From contig NC_091478.1 in NCBI RefSeq assembly GCF_036971445.1, forward strand, positions 53,320,001-53,384,000: a stretch of DNA of 64,000 nt. Direction: 5' to 3'. Origin of the DNA: Narcine bancroftii. Its lineage: Eukaryota. A program made the translations under genes and the position numbers. Below are positions 12,553 to 25,033 of the stretch, piece by piece. The notes under the pieces were generated by a model that saw nothing but the letters and a program-made list of their open reading frames with translations, was not told where the DNA came from and did no database searches. Within the stretch, counting starts at the first letter, position 1, and every line of letters begins with the position of its first letter.

Positions 12553-15500
12553 GATACTGGTGGGCAAAGACTTTAATTTCTGTCTGGATTCAGTTCAGGA
12601 TAGATTGGAAAGGAAATATACCAGGACAAAGGCAGCTAAAGCTACCTTGGAGTTAATGGAGGATCTGAACTTAATGGATATCTGGAGAAGGCTTCACCAT
12701 AGAGAGAGGGATTATTCCTTCTATTCAAGACAGCATGACTCCTACTCAAGGATAGATTTATTTTTGGTTTCAGCCCATTTACAAGGTAGGATCATGGAAA
12801 ATGAATATAAGGCAAAACTATTTTCTGATCACTCACGTCTTGTATTGACTATTGATATGTCAGATAAGAAGGAGACGGCCTTACTATATTGCTGTTAAAA
12901 AGGCCAGATTTTTGTAACTTTATTCAGATATAAATACTTGTGAGAGCAATTGTAATTCCACTGTGGATAATTTTTTTCAATGGAACACGTTAAAAGCATA
13001 TTTGAAAGGTCAAATAATTAGCTATGCCTTGAGGATTAAAAAAGAGTATACAAGGGAGGTGCATGAATTGGAAAAGGACCTTAAACAAGTTGGCTCTGGA
13101 GGAGAAATATAGACAGTTAATAAGAATCTCGTGTAATACAGTATATACGTATAAAATGGAAAAAATGAGAACAAGATCTAAAGAGAAACACTACAAACTA
13201 GGGGAAAGAGCCCATAAGGTCGTCTCCTGGCAGGTGAAAACAGAACACATCTCCAGAACAACAAATCAGATGATATAAATGAAGCTTTCACGCAATTTTA
13301 TGTTAATTTATGCAATTCTCAATTAGTGAATAAAATTGAGTTTCCTGTCACAATTGGATCTCCCAAATTTGAATTTAGGAGACAGGGTGGGGCTAAGTGC
13401 TCCCTTTACTCAAATTGAGATGGGGACATGATGGCCTCCTTGCAAATTAATAAATCCCAGGGAGGGGATGGATTTCTACCAGAATTTTTAAAAGAATTTA
13501 TAGAGTTATTAATACCTTTGTTTATGGAGATCAGGCAGTGGTGACCCACACTCTCCCAGAGTCCTCTTTAACTGCAATTATTATGATGATTCCCAAAAAA
13601 GACAGGGATCCAATGAAACCGTCGTCTTCTAGACCAATATCACGTTTGAATAAGGACTATAAGATTATTGCCAAAGTCTTGGCAAATAGATTGGCAACTT
13701 ATTTTCCAAAATTTATAAATGCTAATCAAACTGGCTTTGTGCAAGGGAGGCAATTGGTGGACAATACATGTAAATTGCTCAATATTATACATCTGGCACA
13801 AACAAGAGATTATTTGACTGTCACTGTGCCTATAGATGTGGAGAAAGCCTTTGACAGACTGGAGTGGGACTTTTATTTAAAGTACTGGAAATATTTGGAT
13901 GAAGACAAGCATTTATTAATTGGGTTAGAGCTCTATATTCTGACCCTAAAGCTAAAGTAATAACTAATGGTCAAACTTCATCAGAATTCCCATTGCCCAG
14001 ATGTGGCATTGTCCATTATCTCCAGCTCTTTTCCTCCAATATTGAACCATTAGCAGAATCCATCCATCTAGATCCAGGGATAAAGGGTTTCAGGTTCAAT
14101 CAGGAAGAATGTAAAATCAATTTATTTGTTGATGTCCTGATATATCTACAGAACCAGTTAACATTACAAAAATTACAGTCTAAATTGGAAGATTTTGGTA
14201 TTATATTGGGTTATAAAATCAACTGGGACAAGAGCAGTTATGCCTCTTATGGGTGGGAATTATGAACAAATTAAGAGAAAATTTAAGTGGCCACGCAATG
14301 GGACTAAATATTTAGGTATCAAGGTAGATAACAACCTGCAGGATTTATATCAGTTGAATTATCTTCCCTTGCTTCGGAAAATTGAGGATGATCATAATAA
14401 ATGGATGTCCCTCCAAATAACTGTTTGTAAGTGTATTAAAATGAATGTGCTGCCTAGAGTACAATCTTTTTTTTCAAAGTTTTCCTGTTCTTTCAAAAAC
14501 TGAATAAATGCATCAGGAAGTTTCTATGGAAAGATAAGCCTTCCAGAATCTCTATTGATAAATTAACTTGGAATTGTGAATTGGGAGGATTAACACACAC
14601 TCCCGGATTTCAATAAATAATTTTGGGCAACCCAATTGAAGTTTCTCACCTCCTTCTTTGATGGAGGAGACAAGTCTTCATGGGTTATATTGGAGTTGCA
14701 TAAGGTTGGTGAGAAGATAGCAGAAAACCACATATATAAATGGAATTTTAAATTATTATCTGGCCCAAAAGAAGCCCCACTATTAAAGCATATAATTACA
14801 GTATGGAATAAAATTAATGTTCATACTGGGGACAAGAGGGGACCTTTTACCTAAAACCCCAGCTCAAAATAGGTTAATTCCATTAATGATTGATAAAATC
14901 CTGGACACTTGGTCCCAGAGAGGGGTCAAGTGTATTGAGGATTGTTATGAGTAGGGACAATTTATGACGTTTGAGCAAATTAGGAATAAATATGGAGTTT
15001 TAAATACATCTTTTTTTATCCCATTTTATGTAAGGGACAATTAGGTTCCGCACCAACCTTACCGCAGTGCAGCTAAATAGAGACCCTGGTTTGAAAGGGG
15101 AACACAAAAAAAAATTATTTCAAAAATGTATTTCTTACTTAAGATGGAAACCCTAAATCAAGACAAAGGTGGGAATCAGACTTGGGTATAGAAATGGATC
15201 CATTTTGCTGGTCTGACTTATGCGATTAATAGAAGGTATCGGCTGGTGCAATACAACTTCTTGCCTCAGCTATACCTCCTTACTCCACAAAAGTTACTTA
15301 AATTAAAATCGGACATTTCAGACCAATGTTTTCAATGTGGTCAAGAAATAGGTACTTTCTTGAATTGAACATGGTCGTGTCCTAAAGCAGGGGTGTCAAA
15401 CTCAAATTCACGGAGGGCCAAAATTAAAAACTTGGACTAAGTCGAGGGCCGAACTAAATATTTATTGAAAATTTTCAACAACATCTGCATGTTTTCTCTT

Positions 15501-16938
15501 CTTTCAACATATGTAATGTTAAACTTTAGGATATAACTTTAGGAGGATAATGTTACAGGTCAGGAGTAGGTAGTTCAAGTTCACCCTTTGCTTGACCTGA
15601 GGGAAACATATTTGGTCCCTGTGGAGATGTAGTCAGCATTCACAGGCTGTGTCCATTTTGGCCTGCATCAGGACTCAGCATTTCCTGCTCGCTCCTCAGG
15701 CTCTAGGCCTCTATTCACCCTCGACCCACCATCCCTCTACCTGACCAGTCCTTTACCCAACCTCTACTCACCCCTCACTCCACTCGCTCTGCCTCTACCC
15801 ACCCGTGGCGACCGGGAGAAGTGCACTCGCGCTGTGGAAGGGCCTGGGGGCCTGGGGGCCATGCACAGCCTGCCATGCCCGTCGCGCCGACATGAAATCA
15901 CAGGTGCTCGCCCATCCGCTGCACCGCTCGACAGGTGGGAGAAGTGACTGGTTGTGCGGGGAGCCTTCCAACTGGTTTGCCGGCTGATGACATCGACAGA
16001 CTTCTCGTGTTACAATTTCTCGTGTTACAATGGGGAAGGATGTGCAATGAAGGGGGAGGATGGTGGGGGTGACATGACCAAAAAACAGCATCGGCTCTCG
16101 CTGCAGGGCGGGCCACCTCTAATACATTTTTGAAATGATCATGCGGGCTTTGGCCCCCGGGCCAGAGTTTGACATGTGTGCCCTAAAGTGACGCCTTCCT
16201 GGAAAGATTTGGGTAATATCCTGGAAAAAAAGGTACTGGAATTTGATACCCTCAGGTACCTGAATTATTTTTATTGGGGAATTTAGAAGACATAAGACAT
16301 GAGGCTGTTGAAATATCAATTAAAATTCATTAAGCTCGTTCTAGCAGTGGCTAGGAAATGCATAGCAGCTTTATCCCGCTGGAAGATAGAAATGCATAAT
16401 TTTATTCCCCTGGAGAAGATCACCTATAACCTCAGAAACAGGATGATGTATCCTCAAGAATATGGAATTCACAGCTAAGGTACATCGGGGTAAATCTTTA
16501 ACAATTCCTCCCTCCTGACTCTTCCCCCCGGTGCTCACAGCGCTGAGGACCCTCGATAAGTCAGGTTATTTGTCCTTTGATGGGAGTGGGGTTTAGCCTA
16601 GGTGAGGTCAATCCTTTCTTTTTCTTATTCTTACTTTTTCTTCTTTACTTCTTTCTTCTTGTTTCAGGGGGAGGGTTCCTCTTATTTTCTCCTTCTTTCT
16701 CTCTATTATCTTTCTAGTATCTTTCTCTCTCTCTGGTTTAACATGGACATTGGATTTGCATTTTTGTAGTATTATTGGAATTTTTCTTTCTTTATAGTAA
16801 TTGAATCACTTTAATATTGACATGTGGATCGATATTTGTATTATTTTGTGAATATTATATATGTTTTACTTTTTGATGATTTTTCTGTTTGGCTGCATGT
16901 TGAATGAAAATTCTCAATATAAAATATTTTTAAAAAAT
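12553..16938 (+). mobile_element. 5'-truncated L1-clade LINE (degenerate ORF2), 13-bp TSD
   Basis: EN motifs RDYSFYSRQHDSYSRIDLFLVS and SDHS; RT motifs RPISRLNKDYKIIAKVLANRL and DVEKAFDRLEW; A-rich end. TSD gaatttggacagg at 12540-12552 and 16939-16951. Confidence 0.92.
15388..16180. mobile_element. non-autonomous hAT (Charlie-like) DNA transposon/MITE inside L1
   Basis: TIRs caggggtgtcaaact / agtttgacatgtgtg. 8-bp TSD tcctaaag (15380-15387) and ccctaaag (16181-16188), one mismatch. Confidence 0.85.
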
Positions 16939-17085
16939 GAATTTGGACAGGTATATAGATAGGAGGGGTATGGAAGGCTGTGGACTGGGTGCAGGTCAGT
17001 GGGATACACAAATATAGTTTGCCACACACTAGAAGGGCCGAAGGGGCCTGTTTCTGTGCTGTAATGTCTAGGATTCTATGGAAGA
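16939..17085 (+). mobile_element. CR1 3' UTR (continuation of 9890-12552)
   Basis: ttggacaggtatatagataggaggggtatggaagg...agaagggccgaaggggcctgtttctgtgctgtaa...ttctatg. Confidence 0.8.
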
Positions 17086-17406
17086 CCATCCATAGGTCCA
17101 TGGAATGTTGAACTAGAGGACACAGTAGAGGTGGGGGGAACTACAATACTGAAATGGCATTATAATAGCACATGGATAGGAAAGTTTTGGAGAGGAATGG
17201 GTCAAACCCAAGCAAATGGTACCAGCTCAGGAAGTCAATTTGATCAGCATGGATAATTCAGTATGAAGAGTCTGTTTCCATGTTGTACAGTTCTATGACT
17301 CTTTCTGCCCAGAACCCTGGAATACTCAAATCCCAGCCTTGGTCACAGAGTGAATGCATCTTCGAATAAATACTGGATGCAGTCTATAAGACATGCTGTT
17401 GAAATA

Positions 17407-17842
17407 CAGGTACTCCCCGACTTACAACCTACTTGACATGTCCATCTGCACATACAATCAATTTTTTTTAAATAAGAAAAAATAGAGTTAAGGGTGCGAA
17501 TTCAATATTGTCAGGGCGCTTAACTCTCCTGCATGCACCAACTGAACTCCAGAACGCAAACCCACTATGCCTGCGCCAACCAAAGACTAACACATGCACA
17601 CAGGAATCAAGATGGCTGCGCCCAGCGTACAGACCCTGGAAAGCCAACTCACAAGGTAAGTACACACATTTAGGTACTTATATGCCCTGTATCCCTGTTA
17701 TAGTTTGTCAAATACAACAAAAATCTATGACAAAAAAAGGATTTGATTAAAAAGTTTGCTTTAAAACCTCAATTCTCCACATGTGCAGGCAAAATTACGA
17801 CACAACCAATCACAATTACAGTTGTAAGTCGAGGAGTACCTG
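17407..17842. mobile_element. Tc1/mariner (Tigger/pogo-like) MITE
   Basis: 22-bp TIRs caggtactccccgacttacaac / gttgtaagtcgaggagtacctg (one mismatch), flanked by TA on both sides. Confidence 0.9.
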
Positions 17843-18129
17843 TACTGCATCCTACACTAGTGTACCATAAAATGGGAACTGCTGCACACCAGTAGTTGAA
17901 AATGTGAGTTAGTGAAGACACTTGAATTCACAGTTTGATAAAGCAGCAAGATGTAGCTTCGAGGAAAGGCGTCACCACATGAGCAGGAGTCCAGTTGTTG
18001 CCAATTCAAAGCCCAAACAAAAATGTAGAGAACTGACCTTCCTCCCTGAAGCTAGCTTCAACAGATATTATATGGCTCAGGTCTGCTCCAGATAGATTCT
18101 TTACTTTCTTTCCTATTCGGCCAAGCTTA

Positions 18130-18364
18130 TTTTTTATATAATTCAGAGATACAGCACAGTATCTTCTGGTCTACAAGCCCGCACAGCCCAAATGGCCAAT
18201 AAACCCCTTAACCCCATCTGTCTTTGGAATATGGGAGAAAACCAGAGCACCAATGTAGTCATGGGGAGAACGTACAAACTCCTTACAGAGAGTGGCGATT
18301 TCAAATGCTGGCCACTGGCGCTGTAATAATGTCGTGTTAACCGCCACGTTAACTGTCCTGCCCT
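18130..18364 (-). mobile_element. tRNA-derived SINE
   Basis: Reverse strand has an A/B-box-like head and the core gtaaggagtttgtacgttctcccc, shared with the copies at 19380 and 28770. Confidence 0.75.
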
Positions 18365-18449
18365 TTTGTGCCAAAATCAAGGACCTTTCCTGCTTTCAGA
18401 GGAATATAGTGATCATATATTCAACATTCAATTTGAAAGTAACAATTTG

Positions 18450-18783
18450 GGAACCGTACATGGAACACAACAGAGAGGGCCAACCGCGGACCTCCACCCC
18501 CTAAAATGACAGAATGAGGAGAAGACGAAATGAACTGACCCAGTGTGTAAAAGTAGATGACACAATTTTCTTGTTTATTTTCATTGTGTGATGACCTTGT
18601 TTAATGGGTTTATTGTATTGAATATGTTGAACATTTAATGGGTTTGGAGGGGGTGGTAAGGAGGGAGGGAAGGGAGGGGGGAAAAGGAGAGAAAATGACA
18701 TTGTGTATATTCAAGATGGAAATGTTTGTGTGTATTTTGGTTAATATGGTTCATAGTATGAAAAATAAAAAAATATATTAAAA
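18450..18783 (+). mobile_element. L1 3' end fragment with 14-bp TSD
   Basis: ORF2 terminus ...EPYMEHNREGQPRTSTP*, G-rich 3' UTR, aataaa and A tail. TSD aaagtaacaatttg at 18436-18449 and 18784-18797. Confidence 0.8.
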
Positions 18784-19379
18784 AAAGTAACAATTTGAAA
18801 GAGGGCAACTGCATCACTAGCAGAGTTAATTTGGGTAAAATAGACTTGGCAGTTAGACTGATAGGAAAGAATTGTCAATGAAATAGATATCTATATTGTA
18901 CATCGGAGGACTGAGAGAGAAGTTTAGAAAACATCAAAGCAATTCTAGAAGTTGATAAACATGGAGGACATAGAATATGTGCAAAATAACAAAAAATGAT
19001 AAAGTAGACTCTAAAAGTTTTGCTAGGGTCTGAAAGAGAAAGAGAATAGAAAATGAATGCTGGTCCCTTGAAAGATGAGATAGACAAAGATCAAATAAAT
19101 ATTGTAGATGTTAACATTTAGTATCTATCTTCATAGTAAAATGTGCTGAAAACATTGCAGATATTCAAGTGGCAAAAGTGAATGGGGAATTTAAGGTCAT
19201 CTATATCACGAGGGGGGGGGGGGGCGGGGGGAGAAGTGCCAGAGAAACCTACAGGGTGAGTAAGAATTGTTATCCAATTCTCCTGAACATGATGGTCTAG
19301 TACCGAATGGTCTGAAAGAAGTACCTCAGAAGTAGCAGAGCACTGAGCATCATTTTCCAAAGTGCCCTAGAACCTAGCA

Positions 19380-19640
19380 AGGCGGCACAGTTAGCATCAC
19401 ACTGTTTCAGCACCAGCGATCGGGACCAGGGTTCGAATCCCGTGCTATCTGGAAGGAGTTTATATTTTCTCTCTGTCTCTACATGGGCTTCCTCTGGGGT
19501 TTCCTCCCACCATTCAAATTGTACCAGGGTCTGTAGGTTAATTGGGTATAATTGGGCAGCATGGGCTCGTGGGCTGAAATGGGCTGTTACCATGCTGTAT
19601 GCCTAAATTAAAAAATACATTTAAAAAAATTAATTTAAAT
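19380..19640 (+). mobile_element. tRNA-derived SINE
   Basis: ggcggcacagttagc...gggttcgaatcc (B box), core ggagttt.tattttctc, A-rich tail. Confidence 0.78.
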
Positions 19641-19736
19641 TAATAAAAACCTGGACAGGTTCAAAGTATGATGAATGGAAAACACTCTCCTAACCAGCAA
19701 TAAAATGAGAACAACTGTACTGGCCACTTGACTCAC

Positions 19737-19827
19737 CTGCGGTATTTGCTCTTTCTGCTTCAGAACTCCATTGGATCTCAATGAGGTCGATCTGTCATGG
19801 GACTTTCCAAGCTTTGAGCCACTGACA
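19737..19827 (-). CDS. HYDIN: probable HYDIN internal coding exon (91 bp, poorly conserved linker)
   Basis: Acceptor ctttttttggggttacag|T, strong donor CAG|gtgagt. Open in phase 2: (N)VSGSKLGKSHDRSTSLRSNGVLKQKEQIPQ, ends phase 0. Position and S/K-rich character fit the HYDIN linker, but sequence similarity is weak. Confidence 0.65.
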
Positions 19828-20344
19828 CTGTAACCCCAAAAAAGGTGAAGTAACTGAAAAGTTTTGCAAAATACCAGGTTATCCTAAATCACAACCAATG
19901 AACCTTTCCCTTGAACTTTCCTTAATTTTATTTTTTTTTACATTTACACAAGTAGTACAGTAACAGGCCATTTCGACCCACAAGTCCGTGCTGCCCAAGT
20001 CTTTTACTCCATTTAGTTATTCTCCTGCTCTTTCCCCTTAGCTATGAAATTTCATTCCTCTTCAAACCTTATCTACATTTCTTTCAAAATTTGCTGTATG
20101 TTCAAAGCAGTGGGCAAGGGAAGACTCAACAGTCCATCAAGTGGATGCATTAACCAGCATCCACACTTGCACATCCACAGATTCATCTACTTACCATCAA
20201 TCATGATCTCCAGAGAATATCATTTAAAAACTTGGAAAAAGGGTGATTCAGATTCCAAATAAGGACAGGAGGGAAAATATATTTTATATATAAACATTTA
20301 GTCCTCTTTTTATTTTTGAGGCTTATGAGGGGTTTTGGCAAAGT

Positions 20345-20610
20345 GAATGCTCTATTTCCCAGGGAAGAACGGAGGGCATAGGTTTAAGGGGAGAGACCTA
20401 TGGGGCAACTTGATCATTTGGGGGATGGTCCATGTCGGGAACAAGCTGCCAGAGGAAGATGTGGAAGTGGGTACATTCACAATGTTCAAAAGGCATTTGA
20501 GGATCAAAAGGATTAATAGGAATAGGCAGGGAAATGGGACTAGCCTTGAATATCAACTTGGTCAGCATGGATAAGTTGGGCTGAAATGTTGCATGATTGT
20601 ATGAAGCCAA
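20345..20610 (+). mobile_element. CR1 3' end remnant
   Basis: agggcataggtttaagg...ggaacaagctgccagaggaag...ggtcagcatggataagttgggctgaa. Confidence 0.65.
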
Positions 20611-21276
20611 ATTCATTTCCTTGTCAGGCAGTGGTTCCCAATTTGTATCAACTCAATACTTTCCGAACATTATCTCCAGTTCTCTCACCAAATAATTGAA
20701 AACTAGTTACTAAAACATATAACTAGGAGGCAGAAACACAAATACAGCGTACAGGAGTCAGGCTGACTACTGGTAGTTTGTTTTTATGCTGTGTTTGTAT
20801 GGAATTTTACACAGAACTTTTCAGGAGAAAATAAACAGCACATGATCACCTTTTCTCTCTCTCAATACCAGAAATGCAACGTAAACTAGTGGTTCAAAGT
20901 TTTGCCATTAGGTTCTGCAATTCAATGTGCTTTGGGCAGCTGGGTAGAATAGGTTGACCTTATTTGATAGAGTGATGGCTATGGAAACAGAGCAGGGACA
21001 CGCTGGAGCTGTTGACAGCATCTCTTTCGACACTGGAATTTAGATGCAGAAGCTGGCAAATTCGTCCTTACTTCCAGACTCATCCATATAGCTTCGATTT
21101 GTCACAAGGGTATGTGGTGGACTTTCTCCAATGGTGATAGTTGGACTCAACTCCTGTCCCATACTGGGCTGTAATGTTCAGTCCAGCTCGAAGCATTTTG
21201 CATAATGGAACAGATGAGCACACTGAACACGAGGTCTACACTTTCCTACACCAGATACAAGCCCAGTGATCCCAGG

Positions 21277-21278
<2 letters not shown>

Positions 21279-21318
<40 letters not shown>
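21279..21318. repeat. (TC)20 microsatellite
   Basis: Perfect TC run of 40 bp. Confidence 0.97.
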
Positions 21319-21321
<3 letters not shown>

Positions 21322-21689
21322 AGTGCTGGCTATGGAAAATGGCCTTCCTGAAGGGGTGCTTTTCCACTGGAATCATGCCATTTACCAGGAATAATTTCCT
21401 CTGGCAATGTATCTGCATGATTAGGGGGTGGAAATATTTCCTGGTGATTCCCAAGGCCAGGGTATTGGTGGGAGCTCTCCTGGCTGTGTGGATGAGGTCA
21501 ACAGGCAGCTGGACGCAGCAGTTCCACAGTCCCCACTGGAACCAAAGTGTCTGTTCAACTGCAGATCACTGCAGGTTGAGGGTCAGGGCAGAGATTTGCA
21601 GTGGACACGGGACAGGTGACTTAAGTGAGGAAGGTCAGAGGCAATGTCGCCTTCACCTCATTGATAAGCACAGTGCACCAGTCTGATAT

Positions 21690-22175
21690 GTAATGGGAAC
21701 TGATTCCATCTGTCCATCATCCTCACACCTCTCCACCTAGGCTTCCTCTCCCTGCCCTACTCTTCCTATTTCCTAACCCTCCTTCCTTCTGCCCATCGCC
21801 CACACACTGGGGTTTCGTCATCCTAACTGACCTTCCCTATTTCATTATCCTTCTGTTTGCATCTGCCATCATCCCTCCTTCACCTGGTTCTACCAATAAC
21901 CTTCCAGCCCCTCTCTCACTTCCCCTCCCCTCTCCACTACTTAGTGCCATCTGCACATTGTTTTTTTCTCTCCATTTCACCCTATCACTCAGCAGCTTCA
22001 TGGACTAAACTCCCCACTCCCCCTCCTCTGCTTCCACCGATTGGCTGCCATCTCCTTAACATCCCCTCCCCCTTTCCTCTCAGTCCTATCACAGACCATT
22101 GACTCCAAACATCAACCATCCCTCTGCCTCCACAAATGCTGAGGTCCTCCAGCAGTTGTTCTTTTTCAAGTTTAT
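21690..22175 (+). mobile_element. Penelope-like element terminal region (C/T-rich)
   Basis: Pyrimidine-rich tract ending aaacatcaaccatccctctgcctccacaaatgctg...tccagcag. A similar end appears reversed at about 23550-23760. Family call is from recollection only. Confidence 0.45.
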
Positions 22176-22184
22176 ACTTGACCA

Positions 22185-22745
22185 TAAAGACCATAAAAAA
22201 TAGAAGCAGAAATGTGTCTTCAGCCCATTGAGTCTGTCCCACCATTTAATCACGAGCTGATCCATTTTCCCACTTAGCCTTTTCCCCATAATCATAACCT
22301 AGCTAATCAAGAACCTGTCAATCTCTGCCTTAAATATATCCAATGATTTCCCCCCACCACTGCCTGTGGCAATAAACTCCACAGGTTTACCACCTTCTGG
22401 TGAAAGTAATTCCTCCGCATCTCTGTTCTAAATGGGCACTCTTCAATCCTGAAATTGTGCCCTCTTGTCCTAGACTCTCCCACCATGGGAAACATCTACA
22501 TCTACTCTAGCCATGTCTTTCAATTTTCAAAATGTTTCAATGAGATTCCCCCTTGTTTGTCTAAATTCCTACGAGTACCGGTCAAGTGCTGTCAAATGCT
22601 CTTCATGTGATCACCCTTTCATTCCCAGAATTATCCTAGTGAACATCCTCCAAACCCTCTCCAACATCAGCACATCTTTTCTTAAATGAGGAGCCCAAGA
22701 CTGCTCAAAGTAATCCAAGTGAGGTCACTCCAGAGCCTCAACATC
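22185..22745 (-). mobile_element. CR1 3' end
   Basis: ORF 22307-22495 MFPMVGESRTRGHNFRI...RNYFHQKVVNLWSLLPQAVV is the CR1 ORF2 C-terminus; (ttatggtct)n tail. Confidence 0.85.
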
Positions 22746-23040
22746 AAATCCTTCACCAAGAAATGAGCAGGTCCAACTGATTTTTGGGTCCAAAACACAC
22801 ACATTGCCTCATTTTATTTGGTATTCCCCTCCCACCTTGTGACACAGAGATCACTGTAGGGGCAGTAAATCCAGCCAGGATCCTCCTCTCTGAATATAGA
22901 GCCTCTAAAACCAGCTGCGATGCCTCACGAGTGAGAAATTCTCACGGAGCTGAGAGAGAGAAAATCACAAATAGAGCAAAGGCTGTCGAACCACCTCCAC
23001 CTCTTCCCACACAAGGAGTCATGTTAAGGGATGCTCTTAC

Positions 23041-23276
23041 TTCTTTGACTGACGAGACACCATGCCAGGTATTTTGAAGATGAAGTATTTGAACTCAAAT
23101 TCCCCCGTGTTCTCAAGAGTGAAGGTACGATTTCTGCGGCCGGCCACCACCACAGTGCCAAAGTTAACCTCCTTGGCAGGTAGTATTTGATAGGTACTGA
23201 AGATAGCGCAGGCGGATATCTTCACTGGAATGCTGGCAATGACCTCTCCTCCTTCACCTAGGCTGGGTTCAATTAC
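23041..23276 (-). CDS. HYDIN: HYDIN internal coding exon (236 bp)
   Basis: Acceptor ttctctgtctgacttcag|GTA, donor AAGAA|gtaaga. Encodes VIEPSLGEGGEVIASIPVKISACAIFSTYQILPAKEVNFGTVVVAGRRNRTFTLENTGEFEFKYFIFKIPGMVSRQSK, like HYDIN IIEPNISEGGEIIASIPIKFSA...INFGAL...FTIENQG. Phase 0 in, 2 out. Confidence 0.92.
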
Positions 23277-23889
23277 CTGAAGTCAGACAGAGAAAATGCC
23301 TTACAGAAGGTCCAACCAAGCATCTTTCATTCTCTTGTTTCATAGGCTACAGAATGCATAAACCCATGAATTACAGGTATGGGGATTCTGTAACATAGAA
23401 GAATGAAACTACCAACACTGTGGCAAGACTGAGATATCTGTAACAAGCAGGCGTTTTCAATAAACATTAAACATGGCTGAACAGATGTGAAGCTCCTCAA
23501 TACAATCCATGGTCTGGGGCTTATGTGGATAGAAACTAAGGCCAAAGGAGATGGAACAACCCACAGTGCTGGAAGAACACAACGGGTCAGCCAGCATCTG
23601 TGGAAGGCAATAGTCAATCAACATCTCAGGCCGTAACACCATTGAAAAAAATTCCAAGTTAAGGGCTCCAGCCTGAAACAGTGACCTCACACGGATGCTC
23701 CCTGTCCCGTTGAGTTCCTACAGGACTCTATTGCTCCAGTTTTCCAGCATCCACACTCTCTCTTATTTACCTCCAAAGTGAATGATCTCATTGCATTGTT
23801 TATTTGGCAGGCTGTTGTTTAAGAATATGTGTGCTCTTGGTCACTATCTCTGTTTGAATCAAGATTCATTGTTACCCAGCTGCCCAACT

Positions 23890-24205
23890 CGTTCATACTA
23901 ACCAAGATGCCACGCATCGCTTATTCCATTTGCCAGAGTTTGGCCTGTCACGTTCTGAACCTTTCCTATCCATGCACTTGTCCAAATATTTTTTTAGTGT
24001 TTTAAACCCACCTTTACCATTTTGTTCCTGGTAGAGTGTTCCAGATAACCACCAATCTTTGTGTGAAAACCTGCCTCTCAGGTCCCCTTTCATTCTTTCC
24101 CGTCTCACCTTAAAGCTATGCTGTGCTTTTAGTTTTTGATTCCTCTCCCAGGAAGAAAATTGTGACCATCTCACCTTATCTAAGCCTCTAGTAATTTTAT
24201 CAAGT
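23890..24205 (-). mobile_element. CR1 3' end remnant
   Basis: ORF 23893-24174 contains HSFKVRRERMKGDLRGRFS. Confidence 0.7.
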
Positions 24206-24510
24206 CATCTCTCAGCAGGTAAATGGCCTGTTAAGGGAGTTTATTTTAAAATCCTGCAACCACGGTGTCTGCACCCAAGATGGTGGTGCCTATGTACAGG
24301 GTTGCAGACTCTGTGGACTTGTACAGGGCACCAGTGCACACAGTACTGGCCCCACCCTTTACACCCATGGTTTGTGTGCCGTGGCCAAGCAAGCTGGGAC
24401 GTGGCAGCGAGGTCCTTGGGTCGTAGGTTTTATATCGGAGTGGCCTTCTCCAATGCACGTTTCTTACCCAGGCTGGAGGGGTCTGCCTCCCCTCCTAGGT
24501 CGGTCCATAC

Positions 24511-24925
24511 TGCCCGGACCAGGGCCGAGGCCGCCGCTGCTTTCCCTGTGCCCAGACTGGGGCCGCCGCCTCCTACTTTCTGCCCAGACTGGGGCATCCG
24601 CCTGCCTCACTCGACCGAGGCCGGGGCCGCCGCCTCCCCTTTGCTCTTGCCCGGATCGGGGCCACCACCGCCTACCCTCTGCCCGGACCGGGGCCAGGGC
24701 CGCCGCTGCTTTCCCTGTGCCCGGACTGGGGCCACCGCCTCCTACTTTCTGCCCGGACCAGGGCCTCCGCCTGCCTCACTCGACCGAGGTCGGTGCCGCC
24801 GCCTCCCCTTTGCTCTTGCCCGGATCGGGGCCGCCGCCGCCTACCCTCTGCCCGGACCGGGGCCGGGGCCGGGGCCAGCGCTGCTTTCCCTGTGCCTGGA
24901 CTGGGGCCTCCGCCTCCTACTTTCT
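24511..24925 (+). repeat. GC-rich hierarchical tandem repeat in RTE 5' region (about 183-190 bp unit x about 2.3, built from about 32-38 bp gcccggac...gccgcc subunits)
   Basis: The block cgctgctttccctgtgcc...cctcctactttct occurs three times and ctgcctcactcgaccgagg...cctaccctctgcccggaccgggg twice. Confidence 0.9.
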
Positions 24926-24957
24926 AAAAGCTCCTTTGCGCAGGCCCGAGGACAGGT

Positions 24958-25033
24958 CCACGTCCTCCCCCTCCACATCCTCCCCCTCCACGTCCTCCCC
25001 CTCCACGTCCTCCCCCTCCACGTCCTCCCCCTC
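24958..25033 (+). repeat. 15-bp tandem repeat (ccacgtcctccccct) x5, encoding (STSSP)5
   Basis: Directly visible, immediately upstream of the EN start KLKLACWNIRT. Confidence 0.95.

Noticed and set aside
18030-18110. Possible further HYDIN exon ending at the minus-strand AAG|gtcagt near 18038
   Set aside because: No good acceptor and no resemblance to the expected next HYDIN peptide.
19828-19853. Alternative upstream acceptor (ttttcag) for the 91-bp exon
   Set aside because: It would add 26 nt and break the reading frame; no supporting evidence.
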